Source: Lama guanicoe (taxonomy: Eukaryota). Taken from it: DNA of 64,000 bases. Where the stretch lies: positions 6,967,957 to 7,031,956 of the forward strand of contig MU053881.1 in assembly GCA_013239625.1 (NCBI GenBank). The letters are read 5' to 3'. Made by a program: the position numbers and the translations under genes. Shown in pieces: positions 46,659 to 59,400 of this stretch; the stretch's first letter is position 1; each line of letters starts with the position of its first letter. Below the pieces are notes generated by a model, which did not search any database, was not told the origin of the DNA, and saw only the letters and a program-made list of their open reading frames with translations.

Positions 46659-49600
46659 GTGAGTGAAACTCGGCCTCAGAGTCCAGGAGCCTCAGTGGCT
46701 GCCCTGGTTCCCTCCGATCCAGTGACCAGAGCGCCCGCTGGCGCAGGCGACAGCGGGGATGTTTATGTCACTGGTGTTTACGTACGTGACTGACTGAAGG
46801 CCACCTACATGCCCAACCACTTGGCGGTGGTTAAATGATTTGGGGTCCGGTCATTCAGTATCATGCAGAGTCATTAAGAATAAATAAGAAACCCTATGCT
46901 TTCCACGTTCAATGTTCGATTAAAACAGCTGAAAAACACCCCTGCCCTAGGCAGTCTGATTTCCTGGATTACGAAGTGGCTCCTTGGCTGATCTGAACCT
47001 CAGCCAGGGCTCGGGGCCCCTGTTCTGAAATTCCAGTTCCTTAGAATGAAGCACAGAGAAGTCAAATCAAAATACGCCAGAGATGTTAACACTAGGTATC
47101 ACTTGGTTGTGATACTTTGAGTAACTTGTGTTATTTTTCAGGTTTTCCCCCATTTCCAATGTGCAAATATACTTTTTTTAAACTGTAAACAAAACAAACC
47201 TTTATATAGAGTAAACTCTTAGATAGAAAGCCATGAAGGAAATCTCTGCACAGGGAGGTTGGAAGGAACTAAGACAAAATAACACCTTTGGATGGTGTGA
47301 CCATAAATTATTCTTTCTCCCTATCTTTATAGGTTTCTAAATTTTCTGCATTTGGTATGTTTACTTTTATAATGGATATTTAAGATGAAAAAAAAATTTA
47401 ATGGGTGGAGAGGGAAAGAGAGATAAGGCTATTGAAAAAAGTCCAAAGCTGTTCATTTCAGTCGGTTGCTATTTCCTGAGTCCCTCAGATGTGCACATCG
47501 CTGGGGAGGGGGCGGTGACATAGGGGTGAAGGAGACGCAATTCCTTTAATCAAATAGGTAGCCGTCCATTTAAGGAGACAAGACCCTTCATGAGACAGGA
47601 GGCAAAGGAATTCCCTAGAGTGTAGGCTGTCCGGAGTATAACCATAACAACACGAGATGTGGCAGAGGGCTTGGGAGCGCCAGCTTCAAAGCCACCTCCT
47701 CTTCTGGGTGGAAACTCACCTCCATTTCTTAACCATGTCAGTTCTGAGCCTCAGTTTCCTCTTCTGTAAACGTAACCTACCCCGAGGGGTCATTGTGGAG
47801 ATTAAATGGAGGCTGCACAGGAAGGGCTGAGCGAGGTGCTTGGCACACATTCCAACCTCAGCATGAATCACCGTGGTGGTCGTCACTTTGGCTCTCATGT
47901 GCCAGGCCTGCTGTTTGAAAGTCAGGCTTTCACAGAGGTGATCGAGTTGGGATTTGAACCCACATTTATCTCATTTCAAAGCCAGTCCTCCTACCCCAAC
48001 CAGCCACTGCATTTCCCTTCTGAGCTTAATCTAAATTTCCTCTCAACCTCACCATACGGTCTTGCCAGGAAGAAAACCTACATTTTCGTGAGAACCAAAG
48101 GAGAAACGAATCTGTTTGAAAGAACATCAGAGGAAGATAGACTCATCCCTCCGTGTCAGATCTTGCAACATTGTCCACCGCCTTCCAGTTCGTGTCTCTT
48201 GGTGCAGGGGTTCCTTTCGCAGCACTGCTGGGCGATTCCCTCGAGTGTGACAGGCGGTGCTGGCTTGCTCCAGCTGGGCGGACGGAGGCTCAGGACGCAT
48301 GGTAGTGGGGTGGGGAAGAACACGGGGTCTGGGAGCGCCCCAAGGACCTCTGCAATGAAAGCCAAGAGGTATGTGCACACAGACTGCCCACAGGCCAAGG
48401 ATGGAAGTCTGGGGGAGCAAGAGGAAAGCCATGGAGGTTCGGCAAGGAGAGTGAGGAAATCAAAGCAAGGGGAAAATTCTGTCCATGGACCTCCACTCAT
48501 TCCAAAACTGGTTAACTCCTTGGGAGAGGCTTAATGCTGACTGTTTCTCTCTTACCTTCTGGTCAACTGTCTTTTTAAGGGATCTATGTAAACCCAACTA
48601 TATCTCATCCCACCTCATTCCTTTCTATTCCGTTCGCCCACTCTGTGCCTGGCACTCTGCTCAGCACAGGAGGGCAGATAAGACGCCTGGACGACTGTGT
48701 GTTGGGATAAGGAAGAAACGAGGTGAACATATTAGGTGTCACATGTGGTCCTAGAGGCAGGTGCAGCGTGGTGGCTAAAGAGGCAAGGTGGGCAGAAGAG
48801 GAGCAGGTACTGAGCTGGGTCTTCAAGGACATTGTGAGCAGACTCCCAGTGGGTCTGCCAAGGATGTACCCATGGCATTCCCAGTGGACTGCAGCACCCG
48901 GGTTGCAGGTGTGCGTGGGGAACACCTGGGCAATGAGGCTGCGATGCAGGTGGGCGGCCCCCAGAGGGCCTTGACTGACCCACTGAAGGACCCATAGTGA
49001 GGGTCCTGGCAAGAGGAAGAGACAGGTCTGATGTGTCTCTGGCAGTGGGTGCCCTGTGGGCCCAGGACCAGGAGCCATGTTGGGCAATATGGAGATAGGA
49101 CCCTGCTCTCCTCTGCATCACATCTTCAGTTTGCGGGGAAGAAATTCTAAATGTATCATTTATCTGGTGACTCTGGAAAAGCAGATATCTGGGTGCTAAG
49201 AAAACCCAGTCATTCATTCATTTGTTCATCCATTCAGAACTGTTCTTGTGCATTTGTTTATATTCATATACTGACATTTCTGGGGGGGGGGTCACACGGA
49301 GTGATAAGACTTGGTTCTAATGTCAAGAACCTTAGAACCAGAAGGAGTGAGATTACTAAATCCATGGTGTCAACCTGCAAACTGAGCTGGTCACCTCACT
49401 TCCCCATCATCGTTTCAAACACTTCAATAAAAACAAAAAACAACAAAAAAACCATTTCAATAGAAAAACACAAACCAGGCCAAAGTACCCCTGCATGACC
49501 TGCCCCCACTCACCTCCTGAGACCCATCTCCCACTATCTCCCTCCTTCACCTTCAACCACAGGCCCTTCACACATGCTGCACGAACACGAACACGTCTGC

Positions 49601-49844
49601 AGCAGTCATCTCCCCTGGTTCTTGTCTGCTTTTCCTTCTGTGCTCAGATCAGTGTTGCCGCATCAGGGAAGGCTTTTCCAGTCTGCTTGGACGGACTCTG
49701 TCCTTACAACACCCTCTCATCCTCCGTGTAACTTCCTTCGTAACGCTTATTCCAATGACAATTATTTTGCACTTATTTATGTGACAACTTTAATATTTGT
49801 ATTCTCCACCAGACTGTAAGCTCCATAAGAGCAAGGACTGTGTC

Positions 49845-50400
49845 TTTTAAAAAAGTCAGCTTCACTGAGATGTAATTTTTTGTGTGTGTGTAACAAACAC
49901 CCCCATTATACACGGTGCATGACAACGAGTGTTGACACATTTTTACCAAAAATGTAGACACTTGTGTAACCACCACCACTGTCAAGATAGAGGACAGTTT
50001 CATCACCCCAAAAAGGCAGATTTCTGTGCTGCATCCCAGTCAGTCTGCTCCCCGGCTCCCAGCAACCACTGCTCTGCTTCCTGTCTCCAGTAATTTGTCT
50101 TTTCTAGTGTTTCATATAAATGGAATCATATACAGTAAGAATTCTTTTAACTACTCTATCTAAAATGGATAAACAGCAAGGTCCTACTGTGTAGCACAGG
50201 GAACTGTATTCAATACATCGTCATAGCCTATAATGAAAAAGAATAGAAAAGTACATATATGTCTATATATGTCTAACCGAATCCCTATGCTGTACGTCAG
50301 AAATTGACACAACATTGTAAACTGACTATACTTCAATTAAAAAAAAATGATTCTTTTGTGCCTGGCTCCTTCAACTCAACATACTCTTCCGTTTTATTGC
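49845..50400 (-). mobile_element. Older L1M-type 3' fragment, interrupted by a younger L1
   Basis: cagcttcactgagatgtaattt...tgtaaccaccaccactgtcaagatag...ttcatataaatggaatcatatacag, resuming after 50347 with ttcttttgtgcctggctccttcaactcaacata. Confidence 0.7.
50149..50347 (+). mobile_element. Younger artiodactyl-type L1 3' end
   Basis: ataaacagcaaggtcctactgtgtagcacagggaactgtattcaata...ttgtaaactgactatacttcaatt plus A-tail. Flanked on both sides by ATTCTTTT. Confidence 0.8.
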
Positions 50401-53400
50401 TGAATGATACCACGCTCCAGCTGGTTCACAGGAGCTCTGTCTGTCTCTTCAGGTAAGCCAGGGGCCACATTCTCTGACGCCACTGACATTTAGTGTGGGC
50501 CCAGGCACGTGGACCACCCTTGGGAGTGGCACCTTCCATCTTCCCTGAACCAGGGCATGGGAGTGACCACTCTGTATCCACGCTCGACAGTTGCCCTGAG
50601 CCTCACAGCCTTCCCCTCGACTCCCACAGGCTGACCCTCTGGGTCCGGGGAGCCCAAGCCTGTCTGCCTCCCTTCAGTATCAGTCTGACACTTCCCACAG
50701 CCATGGAGAGACATTCTGGCTCAGCACCGTTGATTAGGGGGCAAGGCTGGGTGACCACGGGCAGATCCCTCCAATGCTGTGAACTTTAATTTCCTCATCT
50801 GTCAAACAGAGATATTGATGTCCACCTCATGGGGTCGTTTAGTGGGCACACGTGTGTGAAAGTACTGTTTGGAGCAGAAACTTCGGTATCATAGAGTGAC
50901 AGCTAATTCGCTCATTTAATGTCACCCCATCCTGCGTTAATAACTGCCTGTGTTACCTGGGACTTCCTTTCTCTCCCTGGATCTTCGATTTCTTTTCCCA
51001 TCAGGTGAGGGGTTGAGCCAGAGTTCTCTAAGGTGCCTTCCATTTTGAACCGTCTTGGATTTGAAGGTGCTGGAACACTAGAGAAAGGGCTAACCTCATC
51101 GTCCAGCACTGAAAAAAAATTGAGTGATTTCTTTTTTTTCAATAGATAACTGGCTTCTCTGAAAATTCTCTACCTGGGTCGAGGATTCAACTCTAATTTC
51201 AAGAACAAACCAGTGTTTTTACACCAATAGGCTTACATCTGTAGCCATTTCTAAGCCCATCACAGAAGATAGTAGAGCACCTTCCTTCCAGGTGTGCTGG
51301 CTGCTGCTATGAAGCGTGCCTTGCTGGGATTTGGATCTTTGATGGGGATGAGCGTGTCCCCAAGTTGCTGGTGGAGCAGGAGTGGTGTTCCATTTTGCAC
51401 CCAGTAGTTTTGTTCAAACCACCTTTCCATGGGCCCTGACATTCAACAGAGAATTCCTGAGGGCCTGTCATGTGCTTGGGGGTTTATATGTACTGTCACT
51501 CAACAGCCCTATGATCAAGGTGTTCCACCACATTTTAAGTTGGAGAAATGGGCTCAGTGAGGCGCAGCTCGTCATGTTCTTCCAGTTAGTAAATTACCAA
51601 GTTGGGGCTGGAATACTAGGTCTTTACCACTGTCGTAGTCCCTGGACTGGGCACAGGACATGCAAAGGTAGCTCAGATACACTTGAATTCTTTGTGGCCA
51701 GGAAGAGAAGGCAGTAGTTTAATATTCACTGGGAGAAAATCCAAGAATTTCAAGATGTCAGTCACTTACCATCTAGTTCAACCCTCTTGCTTTACTGATT
51801 AGGAGACAGAGGTCCAGAGGTGATCTGACTTGCCCAGGGTGATACGGCCCGCTGGCTGTGAGTGGGAACTGTTACCCAGGCTTCCCAGCTCCCAGATTAG
51901 AGCTTTTATGCATGCAGCGTGCCCAGGGGCAGAGTGGGGGCTGCTGCAGAAACAAGGAAATGGAGAATTAGGGATAGGGCTATTTCCAAATCAACTGTCT
52001 CCAGTCTGTGGTGTTCAGAGTAAAGAGCAGGGTTCTGGGAACCAGTCCACAGAGATGGTTTCATAATCACCCTGAAAATAGCACAACGCCGTGTTCCTTT
52101 CCTGTGACCTCTGGCAGACTCAAGGACAAATTTCAGAATGGCCGTCATGCTTCTAAGGCTGGGGAACCCTCACTTCTGTATTAAGATTCAGGTTCTTCAC
52201 AGCAGCATTTTATAATCAAAGACTTCATTTACTATTTGACCCTGAATATCCTTTGTTTTGAAAAATCTGGGCTAACTACAAAGTTATCCTGATTAATCCA
52301 TCACAAATTATTTTCTTCCATTCTCTCTTTCTCAAAGACAAAACCCTCAGATCAGTGCAAGATGCTCAGCGAGTTGACAGCACTGATAACAGCTGCCCCG
52401 ATGGCGTGCCCACCGCCTGTCACGGGTTGTGCTGGGTGAGCACCTGACAGTCTTAGCTCACGGGATCCTCCCACTGACCTGTTTCGCAAGTGCAGGCACC
52501 AGTGTTCAGGAAGGCCATCAGTGCTAGGAAATGGCGAGACCAGGAAATCCGAGCCCCTGAGGCATGTTGGGAAGGCTCCTGTGCAATTCACTGGGGCCAG
52601 TAGAGCAAGTGCTCAGGCATTTTGGATACAGAGCCCCTGACTGCCTCCGCGGGTCCTGACAGAGTGGACTTCCTCCATCCGGGAGGCCTTTCCAGGGGCT
52701 GGAGAGGATGAAGTAAGATCTAGAAGGACCCCCACCATCTGGGAAGCCCAGACTGGGTCACACAGGACACCTTAGCGATGTGCATAGTGACTGCTTACCC
52801 AGCGGGACACAGGCTTCCTACAGCTGGGCGGGCTGGTCACATGACCCATGAAGGCAAGAACACAGAAGTTTGTGAGCCAGGCAGACAGGGGACCCAACCC
52901 AGATTCTTCCATTTCATAGCTGTGTGAACTTGAGTGAGGGTTCTCATCTCTTCAAGCCTTAGTTTTCTCACCTGTAAAATGGGACCCGTACAGCCTACCT
53001 CAGTGTTAACTTCAGGTGATTTGGTCAGAGAAGACCTGACCTGATGCCTGGAAGACAGTAGGTGCTTAATAATTGAGAGTTGCCATTCTTGCTACATGGC
53101 AGGTGAGGATCTAAGTGTCCCCCTTGGCCATAAACCTGAAATATTCTCTTCTGCCACACCCAGGCTCTGGAGCACAATAAAACTGGACTGTGGCTCTAGC
53201 TCCTGTCATCTCTTGCACCAGGCCAGGTCCAGAGCAGCCCTCTGTGGGTCAGTGCCCCCCACTTCACAATCTGGGGAGAGGCATGCCCTTCTCCGTGCAA
53301 AGACCTGGGTGCACCCTGTGCCGGGACAATGATGCTGGACAGTTGACCTAGAGAAGTTGACAAGTGACTCAATTCAAGGCAACAGAGAACCAAAAAACCA

Positions 53401-56400
53401 TTAAAGAGAAGAAAAGAGGGGAAAGAGATGGGAGACAGAAGCAGAGTAATGGTGGAGGCTACATTGAATCTGCTGGGAGGCAGGACGTTATGGCAGATGA
53501 AGGAAACAAGGCTGGGCTTATACTAAGCGCTCAGTAAAACTTAGCCAGACTCATAATCATCATTACCTCCTACTGGTCAAGTGATCACCTCATTCTCTCA
53601 AAGGCCAGATGTGGGTGACTTCATCTTTATTCCCATTTTACAGATAAGGAGGTTAAGGGGAGTGCAGAACCAGCCCAAGATGTAGATCCTTTCACTTATA
53701 CCTTGTGGCCATCAAGGTGGGTTCTGGCTGGGAGCTGGGTATCCAGCTGGTGAGCGATGCCACAGGCAGGAGCAGAACCACCCTCTTGACCTCCCTCACT
53801 CCTTGGGAGCTGTCTGTCCCAGGCTGACTTTTCCCAGCCCCTTCAAAGTGTGGTCAGGACTCAGGAGCGAAAGCTGCAGGAGCTGGCCTCAAGGGGGCAG
53901 CAGGAGCCTTGGAAACCCCAGGCCGGAGGCAAGGCTGGGCTGAGCTGGTTGCAGGCTGGGAAGCACACACTGGAGGCAACCCAGAAGATCCTGGGGTGGG
54001 AGTGGGGGGTAGGTGCTGACCAGCTGAGGTCCACGCTGCCTGTGCTGGGAGCTGCAGTCAGGGCTGGGGCTGCAGGAGAGAGGGAAGCAGCGGGGTACTG
54101 AACTAGGATGCTTGCCCTTCTACAATCCCCTCTTCCTGGCTAGCCACAGGGGATTAAATGTGACACACCCCAGCCCTCCAGGCAGTGAGGGAGGCCAAGT
54201 GCAGCCCCCGTAGTGGCACAGCCAGGGAATGGGGGTGGTTGGGGCTTCCACAAGCTGGAGTCCAACACAAGGAGCATTTACGAAGCCATCAGGGACCACA
54301 CAGAGCCCAGGACATTTCTTACGACTGCATTTGGACCCCTCTGGCCTCTGCCTCAGGAACTCGCCACCACAGCCCCTAAGGGCCAGATTCCTGGGTCTCC
54401 CGCAGGCCTCTGAGTCAGAAGTTCTGTTGTTTTGGCCCGTTGGCCAGAGGATCTTTGTGCAGGCTCACATTTGTGCTGGGACCAGGAAAATCTAACAGAA
54501 GGGCCACAGAAGGGATGAATGCAGCTTACAGATCAGCCCCTTGCCAGGCCCCAGGCCAAGTGCTCTGCAGGGATCATTCTATGCATTTTCCCGCTTCACA
54601 TTATTCCTTTGTCTGTTCTTTACAGATGATGATCTGGACTGAGGCTCAGAGAGGTGAAGTGACATGCCCGAGGACACACAGCAGCCAGTGCCTGAGGCAG
54701 GACCTGAGCTCAGTGCTGCTTGGTTCTAAAGCATGAGCCTTTTCACTCTCCAGGTAACTGGGCTTGGGGCTTGGAGAAGCAGCAAGGCTGTGTCCAGCCC
54801 ACGGCCAAGGAAAGGAGCCAGGAAGTCCCACAAGAGGGGTGCCTGCCTCGGAACCTGCATCATGGGGCCTGGCATATATCAAATACTGAAACACTTAAAC
54901 TTTTTTGTTTTAACATTTGCTGATACAGGAGAAGCAGCCCTCTTCTCTCTCCTCCACCCTGGCCTCTGCCTGGGATGGCTCGGTCCTCCTGACCAGACCA
55001 GAGCCCTTGTGTCTCCGGGCTTGAACTGTGCATTCTGGCGGGAAGGGGGCTGGAAGTGGGAGGAGAAGGGTCTAAGTCTGAGGCTCGCTAGCAATCCGTC
55101 TTCAGACTCCTTCAGCTTCTTGCAAGCAGGTCCTTCTAGCTCTGCTTCCTTTTGCCCCTTGGATTTTTAACCTCAGTTTCTTTGTATGAAAAATGGATCT
55201 CCTGCTCTTGGCCCCACTGGCAATTTGCAAGGATTCTGGGGGATCACGTGGGAGAGAGGGGCTCTGGGAAACCTCAAGGGCAGTCCAGACGTCAGTCATT
55301 ACTTAGGACAACTGCTGGGTGCCGTCCTGAGCAGTGCAGGGTGATCCTCTGACCACACTGACTCTCTACCCCACTAGTCAAATAAGATTCAAGCAGTCCA
55401 TTTGAATGTTCCTTGTGGTAATCTTGTAAACGTTTGACTCTCACTTAGATAACCCAGACAGTCTCTTTCTCTCTCATTTGAGTCTCCTCACTTTATTCCA
55501 TCTTTAATCTGTCTGTTTCTGTTTCATCACTATTCAAATGCGTTACCTGAATGACTAGAAGGCAGAAGTTTCTTCCCAGGCCCACTGGCTCAGATTTGCT
55601 AAAACATTCTCCTTCCCAAGGGATTCGTAGACTGAGAAATGCCAAGCTTTCCCTCTGTGCTCGAGGGAGTCTTTTTGCCTCCTCCCACGAGCCTGTCTGC
55701 CAGTTCAGCGTGGTGGGGCCCACAGGTCATCAGCAGAGCATCGGCTTCCTCCCCAGCCTGCAGAGCTAAGAAAAGCAAGAGAGGCCACGCGAGCATCCTT
55801 AGGTGCTCTAGACGGGCAGATCTCTTCTTTTGGTCAAAGGAGACACTGAACGAGGAGGCTGATGGATTGGAAACAGGGAGAAGAAAAGACAGACATCAAT
55901 AACATTGATCATTCCTGAGCAGAGAGACGGCCTTCAGAGGCTACCCGACTGCCCCAGCTCCGGACACCTCTCACCTTTGGAATCTTTCTGGTCTTCTGCT
56001 TACGGCTCAACCCAAAGTGACAGCTCTGGGAGAGTAACAGCTCTTCAGCTCCCTGGAGCTGGGCTGAGGTCTCAGAATCCCCCAGTTTGGGCAGGTGCTT
56101 TCTTCTCTCTGAGCCTCCATCTCCACATCTGTGTGATGGGTACTCCCTATTCCTACTTCCCCAGGCTTAGTGGGAGAATTTGATGAGCTAATTCATAGAG
56201 GCAAGTGCATGACATTTAGTAGACACGGACCCTCCCCTCCCACCGAATCGCCAGGCTTTCTAGAATGTTGTTGTTTTGCAGTCAACAAATTTCTGACTTC
56301 TCAAGTAAGGGCAGAGCAGTACTTTTACTTTGACTAGAAATTGCACTGCTGGGACTCTAACCGGTAGCAATGAAAACTTCCAAGGACACATGGACATGGA

Positions 56401-59400
56401 TGACTATTGCACATTAGTTGTATTTGTTGACAAGGAACTAGAAAAACTCTGCGAAAACTAATATACTTTAATGGGGGTGAGGCTGACTAAACTATGGTAC
56501 ATCCACAGTATTGGATTAAGCGGCTCTGAACAATAGTGAATTTTTTTCCTTCCTATTCATCTGGAGAGATGGCTGTGATGCATGTGGTGAAAAAAATGTG
56601 TGCAGGGAAATATGTGTTGTATGATTTTTAAAAAAACAAACTTACTTCCTTTTCTCTCACTCCTGTGGATGGACATACATGTTTCTAACAAGGGACATGG
56701 AATGATCCCTACCAGCTGTCAACATGGCTTACCTGCAAGTGGGGTTGCAAAAGGGAGACTTGGAGGAGAAAAGAGGCTTAAGAGTCTATTAAATTTATTT
56801 CTATTCATCTCTGCATTGTTTTCTTTTTTTCCTAAAAAAGGTGTCTTTTTTTTTTTGTAATGAAATAAAGTTGTTAGAAGGCACTGCAGTTCAGTCCTCA
56901 GTGAATGAACTGAGTGATGAATGAGGTCTGATAATCCTACCATTTCACTCTTTTGAAATGGTAAATGTTTTCACCTTCCAGATTCTCTACCAACATGCAA
57001 ATAACCCTGAGGGGGCTGATAAAGCCAAAATTGTCACTGATCACTAGTCTGGCACTTGTCAGCCCCAGGCCAAGATCAAAATAGGAGTGTGTGAGAGTGT
57101 GCGCACAGGTGCTCTTGTGTGTCTGGGAGAGGAGGAGAGAAATTCATCGTCTGTCAGCTACTGTCTGCATGTCGAGCAACATGCTAGGGGTCTTCGCACA
57201 CAGACAGACCCCACTTCATGAAATACAGACAGATGCCTGCAGTGCAGGGATCAGCCTCATTTCATGAACAAGGAAACTCAGGCTTAAACGGTTTGTGATG
57301 GTTTTGCCTAAGGCTGCACCCCCAAAAGGCTGAGCTGGATGCGGACTCAGGCCATCTGACTCCAAGGCAAAATGGGATGGTTTCAAAGGCCCATGATAGT
57401 GGGAAACTTCTGCTTTAAAACAATACTAATGACAAGAATAGAAACAGTACAACCGTTAACATTTTTGGGTTTTAGCTCCAGCCTTGCCAGACCCTGTCAA
57501 GTACTTTCAGTGATTATCTCAGTAGTCACCAAAACCAACGGTAGGAGACATTATTATTCCCAAACAGAGCCACAAGGAAGGTAAGTAAGTTGTGGAAGGA
57601 CACAGACTCAGTGAAGAGAAGAAATCTGAATCCAGAGCCTGCCCTTTCAGCCCTCCCCCCCAGGGGACACAGCCATGGATGCAAAAAGGCTGCCATGACA
57701 ACACCCTGCTCAATGCTCTTTCCTCTGGGCCAGGCTGACCTCAGTCCCCAGGCGCTGCTCAAAGACAGCAAACCGGGGCTCACATTGCTCTGGCTTTCCC
57801 CCGACTCGCCCTGGCAGATGGCAGTGAGGCTTCCAGGGCTGACTTTGGCCTTCTCTGGTTCATCTCAGAGCATCTCGGGTCCAACATCTTCCCAGACTTC
57901 CAGCTGCCCACTCCCCAGAGACCTGACCCTGGGCGGCCCAGGACTTGGTGCAGGCCTCCTCCATGGCCTGGCGACCTTCTTTAGGGCTTGGCTCAGGAGA
58001 AGCCCATCCTCATTGGTCTAAGACAGTGTGTGCCAGAATTCAGCCATTTCCTTCCCGCCGGAACGGTTTTTGTCGTTTCTGCCCATCACCTGAAATGCTA
58101 TTTATTTACCATTTTAATTCAAATCCTTTACTGTGTAAAATTAGAAAAACCAAACCCCAAAAAACCCCAACATTATTCTTAAGAAGGACTCTATACTTGG
58201 TGTGGTAAGCCTATATGAGGCATAGTAAGTGTGAGAAGCCAGCATGGCTTACTTACCATACATAGAAGGTTATTGTAAAGGGGGGATAATGCAGGCAGAA
58301 CAGAGCCATTGAATCCCCCAGACACTGCAGCTTGTAGAAGTGCCAAGCCTACGCAGGCCTGCCCTCTGCTTGTTAAAAAGAGAGAGCGGCTCTTGGAGAG
58401 GCAATGACTTTCTCCTTGACACCCCTGAAGGCCTGAGAAAGAACCAGAAGCACCGCCCGTGCGCCTGGGCGCTGGCCGTTCTGCCTCGCGGCCCCCAGTC
58501 GGTCTCGGGAAGCACCACCGTGGACGTCTTCTTCCCCCTCGATGCCTGGGCGTTATCCACGCAGCTCCCGCAACTGCTGTAAGGACCTCTGTGCTCATCG
58601 CCTCTCGGGAAACACTCTTGGCCAGAGGACTTGTCCCGCACAGTGATGACCAGTCCAGCAGGCTTGTCCCTCAGACCAGACCAGCCAAGGGCCCTCAGCC
58701 AGCCCATGGGGCTGCGTTGAGAACCTCCCTAGGAAAAGGTCTGGAAGGAGGTGATGTTAATGTTAATGGTGATATTGCCCCCCAAGAAGGGCAGTGATGT
58801 TAGGGAAGGCAAACTCTATCTCTTTTGGTCAACAGATTTTTTTTAATCGTGAGAAAATATTTACATGTTGTTTAATAATAATAATAGTAGAGACTTTCCC
58901 AAGACTGACTGGCATCCCAATGCATTGTCCTGCTATTTAAGTTACTGGGTGTTTAATATTCACAATAGCTGTATTTTAGAAATAAGGAAACTGAGGTGCA
59001 GAGAGGTTAAACAGCTAGCCCCAGATCATACGAAGGTGAAAGGAAGAGCCGGGACTGGAACCCACGGAGTCTGGTTCTGTGTGTGTGTTTATTCCATCAC
59101 CCAGTCTTTCAGCCCGAGAGCCAAGAACTCTGCCAGAGGCTGGAGAGACAGATGGAGGCAGAGTGAGGCTCCCAGGGCTCTCTCTGCAGGTTCTCTTACT
59201 CCTTCTTTTGCGGGGGAGGCCAGGGTAAACCAAATGCTGCTTATCTCGCCCTGGCCAGAGGCTGCCAGAGTGGAGTGTGCAGAGTTCACTGGAGGTGGAT
59301 GAAGCCAAGCCTCCCCATCTCATGACAACTCGTGTTGACCCTGACAGCAGCTCCTGGGCCAGGCTGGCCCCCAGCTGGCCCTGGACGGCCCCCGGGGTGC

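Noticed and set aside
47806..48534. Longest ORF in the window (242 aa)
   Set aside because: It starts within MIR-derived sequence, resembles no protein I know and has no supporting promoter or splice structure.
57570..57590. Perfect donor GAAG|GTAAGT
   Set aside because: It lies in a MIR remnant whose consensus naturally contains this donor-like motif, and I found no convincing paired acceptor.
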